From Podarcis filfolensis (taxonomy: Eukaryota): a stretch of 64,000 bases of DNA. The position numbers and the translations under genes were made by a program. The stretch lies in the NCBI GenBank assembly GCA_964270895.1, contig OZ185441.1; one strand, 5' to 3'. The notes beneath the pieces are model-generated. The model worked only from the letters and a program-made list of their open reading frames with translations, did not search any database and had not been told where the DNA came from. Shown one piece after another: positions 44,076-57,380 of the stretch (positions within the stretch are counted from its first letter, which is position 1; every line of letters starts with the position of its first letter).

Positions 44076-47053
44076 CAAATGAATTTCGAAAGCCGAAGAG
44101 TTTGATATTTAGCAGCATTTTGCATCACTTGCAAAAGGTGAAACGAAGGCAATACATTTGCTTAAGGCATCTTCAAATTATATCCTGCCATCTCTGAAAT
44201 CCTTAAAGAGCAATTTACTTCATAAATAGTCCTTGTTTAACAGAATCTGGTAACTATATACTGGAATGCAAATCTTGCAGTATGCAAATGTTACAAATTA
44301 CTTCCCTCCCACTCATCTTAAGGAGCTGATTTAAACACCTTCAAAAGATTGCACATTCCCAGTGTGATATTCCAATTTTTTAAATCTTTGAACAGAAGCC
44401 CTCAAAGCTGTATCAAAAAACTGCTTTTGAAACTCCACTGTGCATAATGGATCTTGACTCTCCTAGTCAGAAATACATGTCAGAATGTGTGTGTTTGAAT
44501 CATACTCAGAGTAGACCCACTGAAATTAGTAGTCATGAGTAATCTCATTCGGAATATGAATAATGTTGGCTACAACTATGATTCTATGAACCCATAGTTT
44601 TGATGTTTGAATCTTTACTCTCTGTTCCTAAATTACTAATCTTGATCCACCAAGGCAGATCATGGGTATGGAACCATAATTGCACATATGCCAATGCAGT
44701 TAACAAAAGGAAGCAAAAGCAGTAGCTCTGCATCAGATTTTGGATGCACCTTGATTGGTCGAGAAAGTGGCTCTCATCTTCATTTGCAACTTCTCACCCT
44801 CTCCTAATCAATGTAATACAGGAGACTGTGTGCTTCACCAAAAAAACATTGGTTTTTGGTGTTAGAAGTCATGGCTAGGGAACCTGTGGACTGTAACTCC
44901 TATCAGCTGCAGCCAGCATGGCAAATGGTCAAGGATGGTGGCAGCTTTAATCCAGCAACACCTAGAGAGCCACAGATGCCCAGCCCTGGCTTTATATTAA
45001 TTAATTAATTTAGAATTCTTGACAACCTACTTTTTAGTCAAAAGACTTTCAGAGTGGGTTGCATCCATTAAAACCTCTAAAAATGAGGCTTTGCGTCAGA
45101 TGAATCTTCTTGGGAAACAATTCTATAACCTGGGCATCACAAAAGACAAGTTTCACCACCCATATTTCCTCTAATAGACAGTGAGACCTGAAGAAGGGCC
45201 TCCAAGGAAAATTATAATAGGAAAGTTCATATGGGGAAAGATGGCCTTTCATGAATTTTGGGCAGCAGTTTGTGGCTTTCCTTGGGTCTTTCCCCAGGAA
45301 TCTAAAAATACACCAACAGTCCATGTAGTAGATCTATTGTTTCCTTCTTTTTAGACCCTTCTACCTGGCTCTATGCTTGTAATAATAGCAAGATCTCTGG
45401 CAACTGACAGCTCTTTACTTACACTTGAGGAAAAGGGGGACAAGGAACTCTAGTTATTGGAAAAGGCTCACTGGGATTTAGTGATAAAATGTGCAAGCCA
45501 CTGTCTGCAGTAGAGTTTTGAGTTTGAGAAGGCATGGCAATGTCATTGTATGTTCACTATAATGTGACCCGATACCAAAACAATGCTCTTGGAGTCTGTA
45601 GGTATTGTCTGTGTCACGCCATTGTAATTCCATCAAGTAAAACATCTTTTATTAGCTTTAAAAGCACTAGTTCTCTCAAACACAATGTTTGTGTCACCGT
45701 GGAAGTCACTTAATAATGAACAATAAAATCCAGTTCAGAACACACAGATTCAGTTAAGTAACTTTATTCGTTTGCATAGTTCCACTAGGGTCTAAAGCTC
45801 CTGAACCAAGCATTGTATACTACTTAAATAACTGTAAGACCAAGATGAAAACAGATCAGGAACATTATAGGCTCCATACAAAACACTGTTGATAATGATT
45901 TATATTAACATTTTAATGCATTCTCAATATGAGAGGGGGAAAACATAATATAATAATCATTTGCTACATGAGTTGACGGTAATTTGGTTATTCATTTTAA
46001 TAAAGCACTCAACACAGATAATAAGCACGCTTTGTGACTAGATCATAATTATTATGGGTATATGCTTCCAAATACATTTAATTGTGTGAAAAACAACAGA
46101 TTGAATTATACTTCCTAGAATAATCAGATCTATTCCAATACTTTATTGGCTCCTTGGCCTTCACCAAAACTATAAAAACAGAAGTTTTGCATGCATGTGG
46201 TTATGAAATGTTAGCTAGCCTTTTAAAAATTACTTTGAAATCAACAATAAAACAGATTATTTTTCTTTGTAAAATTGAATAAAAATTAGCAATGTGTGTA
46301 GTGCAGCCAAGGCTAAGTACTTTTAAGGCTGCAATCCTATATACACTTACCTGGAAGTAAGTCCCATTTAACTTAATGAGGCTTACTTCTGAGTAAACCC
46401 GCACAAAATTATACTGTAATACAGGCTTTTCTAGAATTCAGTCATTAATTTAAGAGAGTGTTAAGCAAATGCATAACTGTCATTAAAGTCAATTGTATTT
46501 TTAAGTGTCTAACTTGGACTGAATTGTACTTGGTGGCCTAAAGTATTTTCTTTTTTCACCAAGGAAAGGGTTAGGCAGCTATTTCAGAAAAGTACATTGT
46601 CGCCCATGGCATACATTTCATTAATTATTATTTCCAAGAGTGTTGCTTACAATACTCTTCCCTGGAGGCAATTTAAGGCTGTGCAACCAATTTGTCCAAA
46701 TACAAACTGAACCAGCCAATTTGTACAGATTTGTGCCAAATTTGGATCAGATTGACACAGCTACAAAACACCACAGAGTGGGTTGCATGTGCCCGAATAA
46801 ATTTGTAACAATTTGTGCCAGTCTGAAACTAAATATTAGTATCTCTAAAGCTAGACAGTCTCCACTGCTGTAATTATTAAGCACGCCATATAAGAAGAAT
46901 GCTGGGTGGGGAGAGGAAGGAAAGCTGGACAGCTCTAGCTTACAAACCAGGCCTAGAATCTCACCAAATACTCTCCAATCACAGTGCTTGGACAGAAGGA
47001 TGGTGGTGTCAGAATGCAGCATCTCTCTTTCAATAAGTTCTGTCTTTTAGGTG

Positions 47054-47210
47054 TCAATCAGCCAAAGGCCTGGTTAAAGAGGGACATTTTCTCCTGGAGC
47101 CTAAAAGGTCTATAATGAAGGCACCAGCCAAACCTTCCTGGGGAAAGCATTCCACAAATGGGGAGCCACTGCAGAAAAGGCCCATTCTCTTGTTTCCGTC
47201 CTCCCGTTTG
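47054..47210 (-). mobile_element. L2 LINE RT C-terminal fragment
   Basis: Minus-strand peptide REWAFSAVAPHLWNAFPRKVWLVPSL matches the L2 RAFSVAAPxLWNxLP motif. Confidence 0.75.
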
Positions 47211-47253
47211 TTAGTACTTTTGTGTGTGTAAGTCTTGTGAGTACATTGTACAC

Positions 47254-47506
47254 CAGGGGCCAGCAAACTTTTTCAGCAGGGGGCCGGTCCACTGTCCCTC
47301 AGACCTTGTGGGGGGCCGGACTATATTTTGGAAGGAAAAAAATGAACGAATTCCTATGCCCCACAAATAACCCAGAGATGCATGTTAAATGAAAGGACAC
47401 ATTCTACTCATGTAAAAACACCCTGATTCCCAGACCGTCCATGGGCCAGATTTAGAAGGCGATTGGGCCTGATCCAGCCCCCCGGGCCTTAGTTTGCCTA
47501 CCTATG
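47254..47506. mobile_element. hAT (Charlie-like) MITE with 8-bp TSD
   Basis: Imperfect TIRs caggggccagcaaact / agtttgcctacctatg; identical flanks TTGTACAC at 47246-47253 and 47507-47514. Confidence 0.9.
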
Positions 47507-47587
47507 TTGTACACAGTCAGTGCACAAGCAGCACACATGCAATGCAATAATACATACATTGAGTGTATTTTTTATTTTTATTTTTGA

Positions 47588-47589
<2 letters not shown>

Positions 47590-47620
<31 letters not shown>
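47590..47620. repeat. (AC)n microsatellite
   Basis: Direct observation. Confidence 0.97.
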
Positions 47621-47623
<3 letters not shown>

Positions 47624-50160
47624 GGAACTACCCATTTTGAAATTTGTCAGGATTAACCCCTTCTTGAGGGGCAACCGTATATCCCAAGTCCATGCACCAA
47701 TGTTAAAAACAAAGAAAGTTATGGCTGTTTTGGTTTCCCATTCCAAGTCAATGGCATTTCAGCTGATTTGTTTTTTCCTCCACTGTGGTTTGGATCTGTG
47801 TGTCAGGTCAGGCTGGATCCTGATTGCCCGAGTTAGGGCTGGTATAAATAGCTGAATCAGGCTCTGAATCAAATTGTGGGGCTTGGGGGGTGGGGGTGGG
47901 AGATGCACAACCACACAACCCAGATCCAATGCAGCAATGTCATTGATCTTTCAATGTAGTCTGTATTGCAGCACATGGTGGAGAAAAGCACATGCTTAAT
48001 TTGCTGCTATTGCAACCAATCATTTCAGTTTGGATGGTTCATGCCTGGTTATTGTTTGTTTTGGGGTGGATGAACAACACCATCTTGTAGAAGTGTCAAC
48101 TGTAAATGACAAAGAAGGATATCTGTATGTATTAAAAGTATAGTTAGATGGATCACTTGCTGTATACTTCCCCCCACCTATTAATTGGTTAACTCCAATT
48201 AACCGTAGTCACTCACTTCAATACTTCATATCATATACGTAATATTATTTTAATTGTATTTACCAGAGATCCATTAGTTTGCCATTGAATACAATGTCAA
48301 AATTCCAACCAAAGTCAATGCAAGCAGGATTTGATCTCAGAGTTAAAGTGTAATGATTGCACAGTGGATGAAATTTCTCCTTTAAATTTTTTAATAATAA
48401 TGAAAAAAAATCTAACGAGTTATAATTGGAGAACAATGGTAGGGGTGGAGGAATCCAGCAGCTTCAAAGTTTTACCCCTCCTCCTTCGTTCCAGCAGCAT
48501 TAGCTCTTTTTCTTCAGTCTCACAAATCGGAAAAAGAGTAACCTCTAAAGCTGTTTTAGACTGAAGGTCAGAATTCAAAGGGCTGGTAACTTAATCCACA
48601 GAACACTACAATCACATTGCTATTGGAAACACACTGAGGAGTATTTGCATTCTTGAGGCTTATATTAAGCAATGTCAGTAAGTATACAACCTGTACACAG
48701 TACATTTATACATATACATACATATTACACACACACAAACATTTATATTAAAAAAATAGAGAAGGGAAAAAACCTTTCCTTAACTTACGGTTGCAAGAGA
48801 TCAAGTAGCCTAATGCCACTGAATTTTACTTTAGTGCTCTAGGAGGTGAGGAAACTGGACTGTGTGTTATTTGGTAATAAAAGCAACAGCTTTGGTTTGT
48901 TTTATCAAATACTTAAAAGAGGTACCTTTTCCAGCTCAAATGTAAACAAAGGTTAAGATCTTATTTAGTACCATACTTTCATGGTACTAAAAATTAGACA
49001 AAATAATAAATAAGCACTCAAGAGACAGTTCTATTAATATATCCTTCTAATAACCCCAGCCATTTTGGATTATATAGAAATAAATAAAGATTTAACCCTG
49101 TTATGAGAAACTGTTTTTTTCAGGCACAACAAACAGAACAAAATTTACCTGGAAATTTGTTTTGCAGTTGAGAACGAGGTGACATGAATTTCAGGGGGGG
49201 GGTTATTTGTATATTTATACTGACCTTCAATTATATTCCCACTTCTTTTGCTTCAGTCATATCCCCAGCCATTTTGCCAACACAATAAGTTTATATGACA
49301 GAATATGAAATAAATTATATGGAAATGATTATTATTTTGCCAAATATGAGTGTCTTAATTTTGTTTGCAAATGGGTCCATTTAAGAATTCTAAATGGCAT
49401 GTCCTTTCTTATAATCAATGTGAATTGTTTTTATGTTTCTATAAAACCAGTTTCAGGAAGTATCATATAAAAATCAGGGATTCTGCCTTGAAGAATGGAG
49501 TTTTATTCTCTTGCAGGTTATTAGTTTAGATGAACAAGACTAAATAAAACGACAAACTACAACTGGAAATGACATTTCCTCCAGTATTTGTAAAATAAAA
49601 GCTGTTAACTGTGCTGATAGAGACTGTCTAGGATTCAAGTTACCTCAGGAAAACAAATCACAGAAGCAAGGAGAAGGATAATAGCAGTGCTGCTATCATG
49701 TCATCCCCTGCTGGCTGATCTATAGAGCTCCAATTAGCTGAGGCCTAATCGGAAGGCTGTTCACTTTCTTTTCTTGGCCAGTGAGATATGAATTCATTTC
49801 CAAACAGAAACTCCTAGGCGGGGGCAAACTAAACAGAACTTAAAGTTATGGATTAAAAAGTGAAACTTTCGATAACTTTGCTTCATACAGCACAATACTC
49901 ATTCAGCAATATTAAGGGGATAATTTAGCCCAGTTTCTAATACAGTATTTACTCACTTTGTTTAAAGCCCATGTTTTTCTAGTTTACAGTAGCATGGGGC
50001 CCTATGCCAAAATGCATGCTAGTACTAGTGAAAATGTTGAAGAACCACAGTTTCGTGTAGTGTGCTAAATCCAGGGAGACCTGCTTTCAAATCTCCATTT
50101 GATTATGCAACACAATGGCTGACTTTAGACCAGCCAGCATGTCTCAGTGTGGACTACAAG

Positions 50161-50480
50161 GGAGAGGAGCTGTGTGTCAGTGGCAGAGCACATGCTCTGT
50201 ATGCAAAATGTTGCAGGTTCAATCCCTGTCATCTCCAGGTAGGATTGGGCATGTCTCCACCTGAAATCCTGGAGACCCACAGCAAGTCAGTTTAGGCCAG
50301 GCACACCCAAACTTGGCCCTCCAGCTGTTTTTGGACTACAGCTCCCATCATCCCTGACCACTGGTCCTGTTAGCTAGGGATGATGGGAGTTGTAGTCCCA
50401 AAACAGCAGGAGGGCCAAGTTTGGGGGTGCCTGGTTTAGGCAATACTGAATTAGAGGGACCAATGATCTGATTTGCTATC
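50161..50480 (+). mobile_element. Squam3-like SINE interrupted by a hAT MITE
   Basis: gtcagtggcagagcacatgctctgtatgc...ggttcaatccctgtcatctccaggtagg...gtcagtttaggc[MITE]aatactgaattagagggaccaatgatctg. Confidence 0.7.
50298..50433. mobile_element. Palindromic hAT MITE with 8-bp TSD
   Basis: TIRs caggcacacccaaactt / aagtttgggggtgcctg; TSD GTTTAGGC at 50290-50297 and 50434-50441. Confidence 0.92.
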
Positions 50481-50495
50481 CAGTGTTCTTGTGTA

Positions 50496-50819
50496 AAGGT
50501 AAAGGGACCCCTGACCATTAGGTCCAGTCATGGCCGACTCTGGGGTTGCGGCGCTCATCTCACTTTATTGGCCAAGGGTGTACAGCTTCCGGGTCATGTG
50601 GCCAGCATGAATAAGTTGCTTCTGGCGAACCAAAGCAGCGCACGGAAATGCCGTTTACCTTCCCACCGGAGCGGTACCTATTTATCTACTTGCACTTTGA
50701 CGTGCTTTCAAACTGCTAGGTTGGCAGGAGCTCACCTTGTTGCAGGGATTCGAACCGCCAACCTTCTGATCGGCAAGTCCTAGGCTCTGTGGTTTAACCC
50801 ACAGCACCACCCACGTCCC
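50496..50819 (-). mobile_element. Sauria SINE (lacertid type), near full length, 12-bp TSD
   Basis: Head gggacgtgggtggtgctgtgggttaaaccacagagcctagg, B box GGTTCGAATCC (50756-50746), tail cctttaccttt; TSD TGTTCTTGTGTA at 50484-50495 and 50820-50831. Confidence 0.95.
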
Positions 50820-51092
50820 TGTTCTTGTGTACGCTGCAGTAATAATTGTTCTACTCACGTCTACCCCACTTAGCACTGCATTGAATTCCACCCACATGTT
50901 TAATGAGGCAACTATATGTGTGTGTACACACACACTTCCTTGGACTGAGAGGATTAGGTAAATTTAACTAGGACTACATTAACATGCACACACAAGAAGC
51001 AAACAAATACACAGGGCGTACACAAGGCATAGGAGAAAGATGGGTGAGTAACAAGTGGTCTGTGTAAGGCAATGGTGTGTTTTTTTAAAGAA

Positions 51093-51480
51093 TGAGCTAC
51101 TCAGAGAGCAGTCACCAATGCTGATGTGTGGAGTGCTGGTGATGTCTTGACCTAGGACATTGCTCTTTGTCAGGCTGATGGTGAGCCCGAACTCCATGCC
51201 GGCTTGGCCACGAGTCTCTGTAGAGCTTCCTTGGAGTGCGCTGTCAAGGCTGCGTCATCTGCAAACATCATCTCTCAGATAAGAACCCACCACAGTTTTG
51301 TCTTGGAGTGGGGATGTGCCAGGTTGAACAGACCCCTGTTGCTCTTTGAATGGAAGCATACACCATATTCAGTCAAGCTGAAGGCATAGGACAGCAACAG
51401 GGAGAAGGGAGAAGAATAAGACAAAGAGAGTTGACGCCACTCTTCATAAGGAACGTGTAGGACGTCAACATTCTACATAT
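51093..51480 (-). mobile_element. RTE-1 type LINE reverse-transcriptase fragment (distinct from BovB)
   Basis: Minus-strand peptides MKSGVN, LFNLAHPHSKTK, MFADDAAL (51270-51247 region) and EFGLTISLTKSNVLGQDITSTPHISIGD; frameshifted. Confidence 0.85.
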
Positions 51481-52944
51481 CTGGATAGACTTGGCAAAAC
51501 AAAATTGTTTTTAGTAGGTGCGAAAGGGAAGTACAGTGATGCCTGATAACAAGGAGCAAAGATTTCTGCTTCAGCAAGCTAGGATCCAGAGATGCAGCAA
51601 CTGAAAGGGAGCCCTTAAAAGGACTCTTTACCACCAACAAGGACCACCAACAACTAGGGATCCAGGCAGGCAGAAAACTGGAGGTAGTAGAGGAAAAGCT
51701 GCAGAAGAGAATGGAATCAGTCCCCTAGTTCCATGCTGAAATAAAGTGATTTCAGTATGAGTGGTTTCAAGCAGCAAACTGAAGAATTTGGCTGCGAAGC
51801 CTGGTGTTTATATACTGCCCTAAACAAAATCTCTGAAGCGAATTCCAAAATTGATTTGCTATAGGGAGGTGTAATTCCTGGGCAGCCTTTCTTGCAGCAC
51901 GGTGTAACTATGCACTTATTGGCAGGATGGGGTCCCCACCCTGCAGAGTTTTCTTTTGTGGAGGCCAGTAGTGTTATGCACTCTTTAGTTAGCATGATTA
52001 AATTAAATTTAGACCGGCCTCCTCTCTGGAGCGATGCCCTATTGTAATACTGGCTTGACAGGGTTTCATTGCCTGAGGTCCTGTGCATGTCAATTGCAAC
52101 ATCATCTCAGTCGAGGTGACCAATTTCCACCAGGCAGGCATCCAGCAGCTTCCTTGCTTTTATTGCAAAATAAACCATAGTCAATACTGGAGCTAAGTGC
52201 CTCCCAGGCTCTTGCAGCTAGCAGCCTGCCAACACTTCCCTCTTACCTTTAAAGAAAGGCAAAAACACTTTCTGCAATGATTTCCTTAACAGTGAAAAGC
52301 ACTCTCAACAACAGCACTAACAGAGGGCCATCTGAAACACAGGTAGAGAGGCCCCCTGGCTTCCCATGCTTACAGGAAAGCCCAGCAGTGGACGTCATGA
52401 GGCTTTCAGGAAGCATAGGCTACTGGGAAGGCTGCAGAATGAAAACCTCACCTCTTTGCTATTTTCAAATATAGTATCTTTGGAGATGGGTAAATATATA
52501 TATATGCAAGCTATTAATTCAACATGGTTAACTTTTGTATTTGATTTTATGTATGTATGGGGGGTGTGTGTAAAAAAAAGGTTTTTGAATTATTGGGGAA
52601 ATGTCACTGGGCTCTTAATGAAATCCACGAGTCGGACCATCTGATATCCCCAACTTTAGCCAAATCACCTCCCACTTTGTCCCTGTTAAAAGCAGCTGCT
52701 AGGACAGGTATCACAAAATAAAATTGGGGCCTTCCTTCCTTCACCCCCCTTCCCATAATTCAACAGCAGCAGTTACATCCCACTTACTTAAATATTAGTG
52801 CCAGTGCAGGGCTTCCACCCAATGCAAATAGCAGCAGCAGTGAAGAAGCACTTGTTGTCAGGACTGCAGTACCTGCTATAATGCTGATAATTATCACCCC
52901 ACAGCAATTTATATTTAATTTTTAAAATACAAATGTGCACATTA

Positions 52945-52992
52945 AATCATAGAATTGTAGAGTTGGGTCATCTAGTCCAACTCCCTGTGCAA
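52945..52992 (-). mobile_element. CR1 LINE 3' end, short
   Basis: aatcatagaattgtagagttgg...gtcatctagtccaactccctg. Confidence 0.65.
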
Positions 52993-53019
52993 AGACATAT
53001 TTAACACCAACCTAGTTTG

Positions 53020-53176
53020 GTCCTCAGTAATAGAGCATGCAGAAGGTCACATGCTGAATAATCGGCATCTGCAGGAAGGGATGGGTAAGACTGCTGTCTG
53101 AAACCCTCGAGATTGTGTGTCAGTCAGGGTAAACAATACTGAGCAAGATGGACCACTATTTGGCAGCTTCCAACAT
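53020..53176 (+). mobile_element. Squam3-like SINE, diverged
   Basis: cagtaatagagcatgcagaaggtc...tgtctgaaaccctcgag...cagtcagggtaaacaatactgagcaagatggaccac...ggcagcttcc. Confidence 0.6.
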
Positions 53177-53249
53177 ACTTACATTCCTGTTCGGCCGCAC
53201 TGGTTTTTCACTTTGCCATTAAATGACCTGAACAAGCAAACCTTGAATA

Positions 53250-53640
53250 TCTTCTGCTTTGTGAGCACCTGAGGTACTGACAATCTGCTGGGCAAGACCT
53301 TTTTAGGATCAAGCAAAAAGCAAGATTTCTTCCATGATGCTATTGTTGCTTTGAAACTGTCCCTCCCAGGAGGCCTGCTAGGCCAGCTCACTTATAGCTT
53401 TTGGCATGCAATGAACATTTTTATTCCACCACCCTTTTTCATATTTTGACTGTGACAGGTATGGGTTTATTGGCAGGTGCTGCGTTATCGTTTTGGTCAT
53501 TTGAGAGTGATGCTTTATATATTGTGGTCATATGTCTTGATTTTTATTGTTATTGATTTCACGTTATTGTAAACTGCCTTGCATAATTTCGGTCAGAATG
53601 GTGGTCTAGACAGCTTGAAAATAAAGAAATTAAGTAAATA
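53250..53640 (+). mobile_element. L2-type LINE 3' fragment
   Basis: ctgtccctcccaggaggcctgctaggccagctc..., T-rich 3' UTR, gtaaactgcctt...aatggtggtc, A-rich end. Confidence 0.5.
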
Positions 53641-56600
53641 ATCCTGAATGTTTGGGATCATTGAGTCATCTGCTACACGCCTCTGTGCATTATCAGTCAG
53701 CATTTTCTGAAAATTATTTCTCCCCATGGGCCGATGGGATCTGATGCAGAGCAAGTGGCAATCAGTAGATGAAATCCAATGGTTTTAGATCAGCTGAGTC
53801 ATCAATTGTTTCATTTTTGGAGCACAGTTCTAATTTAGTCACACTGAAGACAAACAAAACTCAGCTGGTTTGATATCAGCATTTTACTTTAACAGAGATT
53901 CTCTCGGAAAAACAGTTAAAAGTGATTAAAAGTGGGAACTGGTTAATTATCCAACAAATTATCTTTTAATAATTGTAGCTAACACAAACATTTTCCTTTT
54001 CAACTAGCATATAGTCTAAACTTAGAAAGTGTCCAATGCTACTCTGACAAAAAAGTTGCAAAAGGTATACCCTATATACAAACTGTACACTGGTACTCGG
54101 TCAAAAGCACAAATGCTTAAATTATCCTGAATTAGATCTTCAGTCCGTAAAACAAGCAAAATTAAGATTATATTTTCACTTTAGTTGGGGAATTGAGTAA
54201 TTACTATAATATGCTACTGAAAGAAACCAAGAATAAACAACAGATACTTATGCTTCTACTGTATTATTTAGAGATATTTTGAGCAGATCATAAAGTAACA
54301 GGATTCATAATTGCAAGCAATACAGAGGTGCTTACATTGATTGTAACTAATGAGGTATTGTTATAAAGCCTTGGGCATCTTGCCACTTGTTTTGCATAAA
54401 TAATGTAAGGAATAAACTTGCATCCTGTTAACGTGGTGCTTTTTTTAACTCATCTGCTCAAAACAGAGTGAAGGTGTGGGTGTGTTACAATAGACCCATC
54501 ATGCATGCACAGAATGCTACGCAGATGCCTGTAAAAATTAATCGGTGAAGTGTTCATGTGTAGCTGCTCGCCATAATGGCTTGGCCATCATCGTCCATTT
54601 TGAGTCAAGCAGATAAGCTAAGGGTTGGATCCTGAATTGCCCTTCCATCCACAGCAGGGAATGCAATCAAGCACAGACTCCAGCTCAATGAACACAGGAT
54701 GGAGCCTATTTCTGCTAATTCCCCTACAGCTAGGGATGGGAGATCCCATTTTCAGCAGACACAGCAACCCTAACTGATTTGAAATGTTTCTTTTTCACAG
54801 CAATGAGACAATATTTCCTCCCTGTCCTCTTAACTTGTCTATTTTTTAAACTGACCAGGTAGAGAGCCTGTGAGACACTGGTGTGATTCAGCACCAGGCA
54901 TCAAGAAACAGAAGTTAGATTAAGGCTTCCATACATCCTCCACCCCAAATCTTGGAAACCAATTTGTTAAGGATGCTGGGTGTTGTGGCTCTGTGACGGA
55001 TGAACTACAGTTGCCAGGATTCTTGGGTGTATGTGTGCTTTAAATGCATTTTAAATGTATGGTGTGCATAATATAGTAGCATAGACTGAACTCTCTAGGA
55101 CCTAGGAGAGCTCCCAGGCTAAAAGGGATGCTGCTGCCACTGGGGGTTGTATGACTCAACACTAGAGAAGTCCTGCAGACAGCTCAGACCCCTCACCTTA
55201 ACTGTGACTTAGCAAGACTTTATAAAGGGGATTCCATCCTGACTCGGAGCATCATACTTCAGCATCTCCAGATAGCCTCCAGATGCACCTTCATTGTTCT
55301 TTGCAAGACTTTTGCTCATTCCCTTCCCTCTGGTGCTCCAAATGCTGCAAAATCAACATTTTTCAGGGACTCTGGGAAATGTCCTGAGCATCAGAGTCCT
55401 TAACATCAGAAATCTGGAGAACAACACATCCCAGGGCTCCTTGCGTCTGGGATCTAACATTTGCCATATTTACCCATTTGTTCTACTTGTCATTCATTTA
55501 AGAATGACTAGAAATGGGTCCTATTCAGTTCAGTTTTCCATGAGTCCTGAAATGTTTGCACATCTCAAATGCCCAGACCTCATAGGATCAGTATTATTTT
55601 CAAAAAGAGAGAGGGGACAGAGAAGCAGGCTATGAATCTTGCTCTTTCAGGCCGGTCTTCCTGATGCTGAAGAACACATACAGTGTGCTGGCATTGAGTC
55701 AAATCCCAGAGAAGATATGGCTGATGCAATCTTGCATTTTGTAAAATGGCTTCGACAAGGGCATTGTAACTGGGTATGTGCAGCTAGACCCTTCATACTA
55801 GCACAGGGTGGGGTGGGGGAGAGGAATTGGATCCATGTTATTTATTTTTGTGTGTTGAATCCCAACCAATATGATCTCCTAGTAATAAATCCATTTGGAA
55901 CAAATGGAATAATATCCACATGGATATAACCCTCAACACCTAACTATGCTTAAATATACTAGTGCATGTCATTGATAAATTGATATTTTACATGTTATAT
56001 AAAACTGAGGCACCCTCAAATTTCCCAATAATTTTTAGAACACCTATTTGGGATCATAGCACCTGATAGCTACCTTTTTCTGAGACCAGGAAGCAGTGAG
56101 TGGAGAAAAGCCAATGGAGGGTAATAAAGTTCCCTCAATGGAAATTATGCACAGAAAAGCTGTTTTCTTTTTAAAGTAAACAATTTAATTTTAAAAAGCA
56201 AAGGGATTAGATACACGCAGCATCCAGATGAATGAATGCAAAATGTAAGGCAAAGAATTGCATTTTGCAGAGACATATCACCTTACTGGTAAGTAGCTCT
56301 CTGAATAGGTTTCTAAATGATTGATGCTGTTTTAGCTAATTCTGACACTGTCTTGCTTTTTTTGACCTTGGAATGAAAATTCGGTCAAAATTCTCAAGAG
56401 TAAGTTTGAACCTTTGGCTCCACACCACTCTATCCTGCCATATGAGTCTGTGCCCATTATAGATGTGTCCATACATCTGTGCATATTGCTTCTTAATATG
56501 CACATTTGAAAAGCTACAGGAAGATACCCTTTGGCCAATGTCAGGGTCAAGCTGCACATTAAGCACACTTCTTTCTTTTTTAAAAGGATGCTTAACATTA

Positions 56601-57244
56601 CCACTTTTCACTTGGAGGAAAAGCAGCTGATCAGCAGCTGTTGCTAGTGAGAAGAGGCAATCAGACAGAAAACAGTAAATAGCCATCCTTCCTCCATTCC
56701 CTTGCCTTACAACGGAGATAGTAAAAAGGGGCTCTCAAACTTTCTAACCACAAGGCCCACTTAGCTGAAAATTACATAGGCCCACCAGTCACAAAATGGT
56801 GGCAGGTGGAGGCAGAGTTTGGTATAATCAGCTTGCAGGCACCAACACTAATCTATTTGTTTTGAAAATGCTACATTATTTGCCACTGCGTTTTCCTTGT
56901 GACAAGCAATATCCTATCTCATAATCTTCCCTTTCTATTTCTGTTATTAATAAATAAAAAGTAAATGCTAATCTTTTTATTTGATTTCTTCCCAACATTG
57001 CCTCTTTTTACTTCAGAAAGGGGCAGCCTTCCTTCCCCCCCCCACCCCGCCCAACTCCTATGTTTCTCAGACACTTTTACTCAGCATGCAAAGAGTTGCT
57101 GGCGCTGGCATTGTCCCAACCAAACGACTATGGCACAGCTAGTGGGTAAGGCAGCCAAAGGAGGAGACACTGTGCAGGCTGTGGCACTTGAGACTCACCT
57201 GAAAGTGGCCCATTGGCGGGTCCCAGCTGATAGTTCGAGGTTGC

Positions 57245-57380
57245 ATGCATGCCCTCCCTCCCAAAAAAGAACACTGGGAACTGTAGTTTGTTGAGGGTGC
57301 TGGGAATTATAGCTCTGTGAAGAGTAAAGTACAGTTCTCAGGAGGATGTTCCTTAAATGTCTGTGGTGTGTACACAGCCT
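57245..57380. repeat. Interspersed repeat shared with about 54920-55080
   Basis: Both carry ttgtt(a/g)agg(g/a)tgctggg...gctctgtga...tacagtt...tt(t)aaatgt(a/c)tg(g)tggtgtg. Confidence 0.5.
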
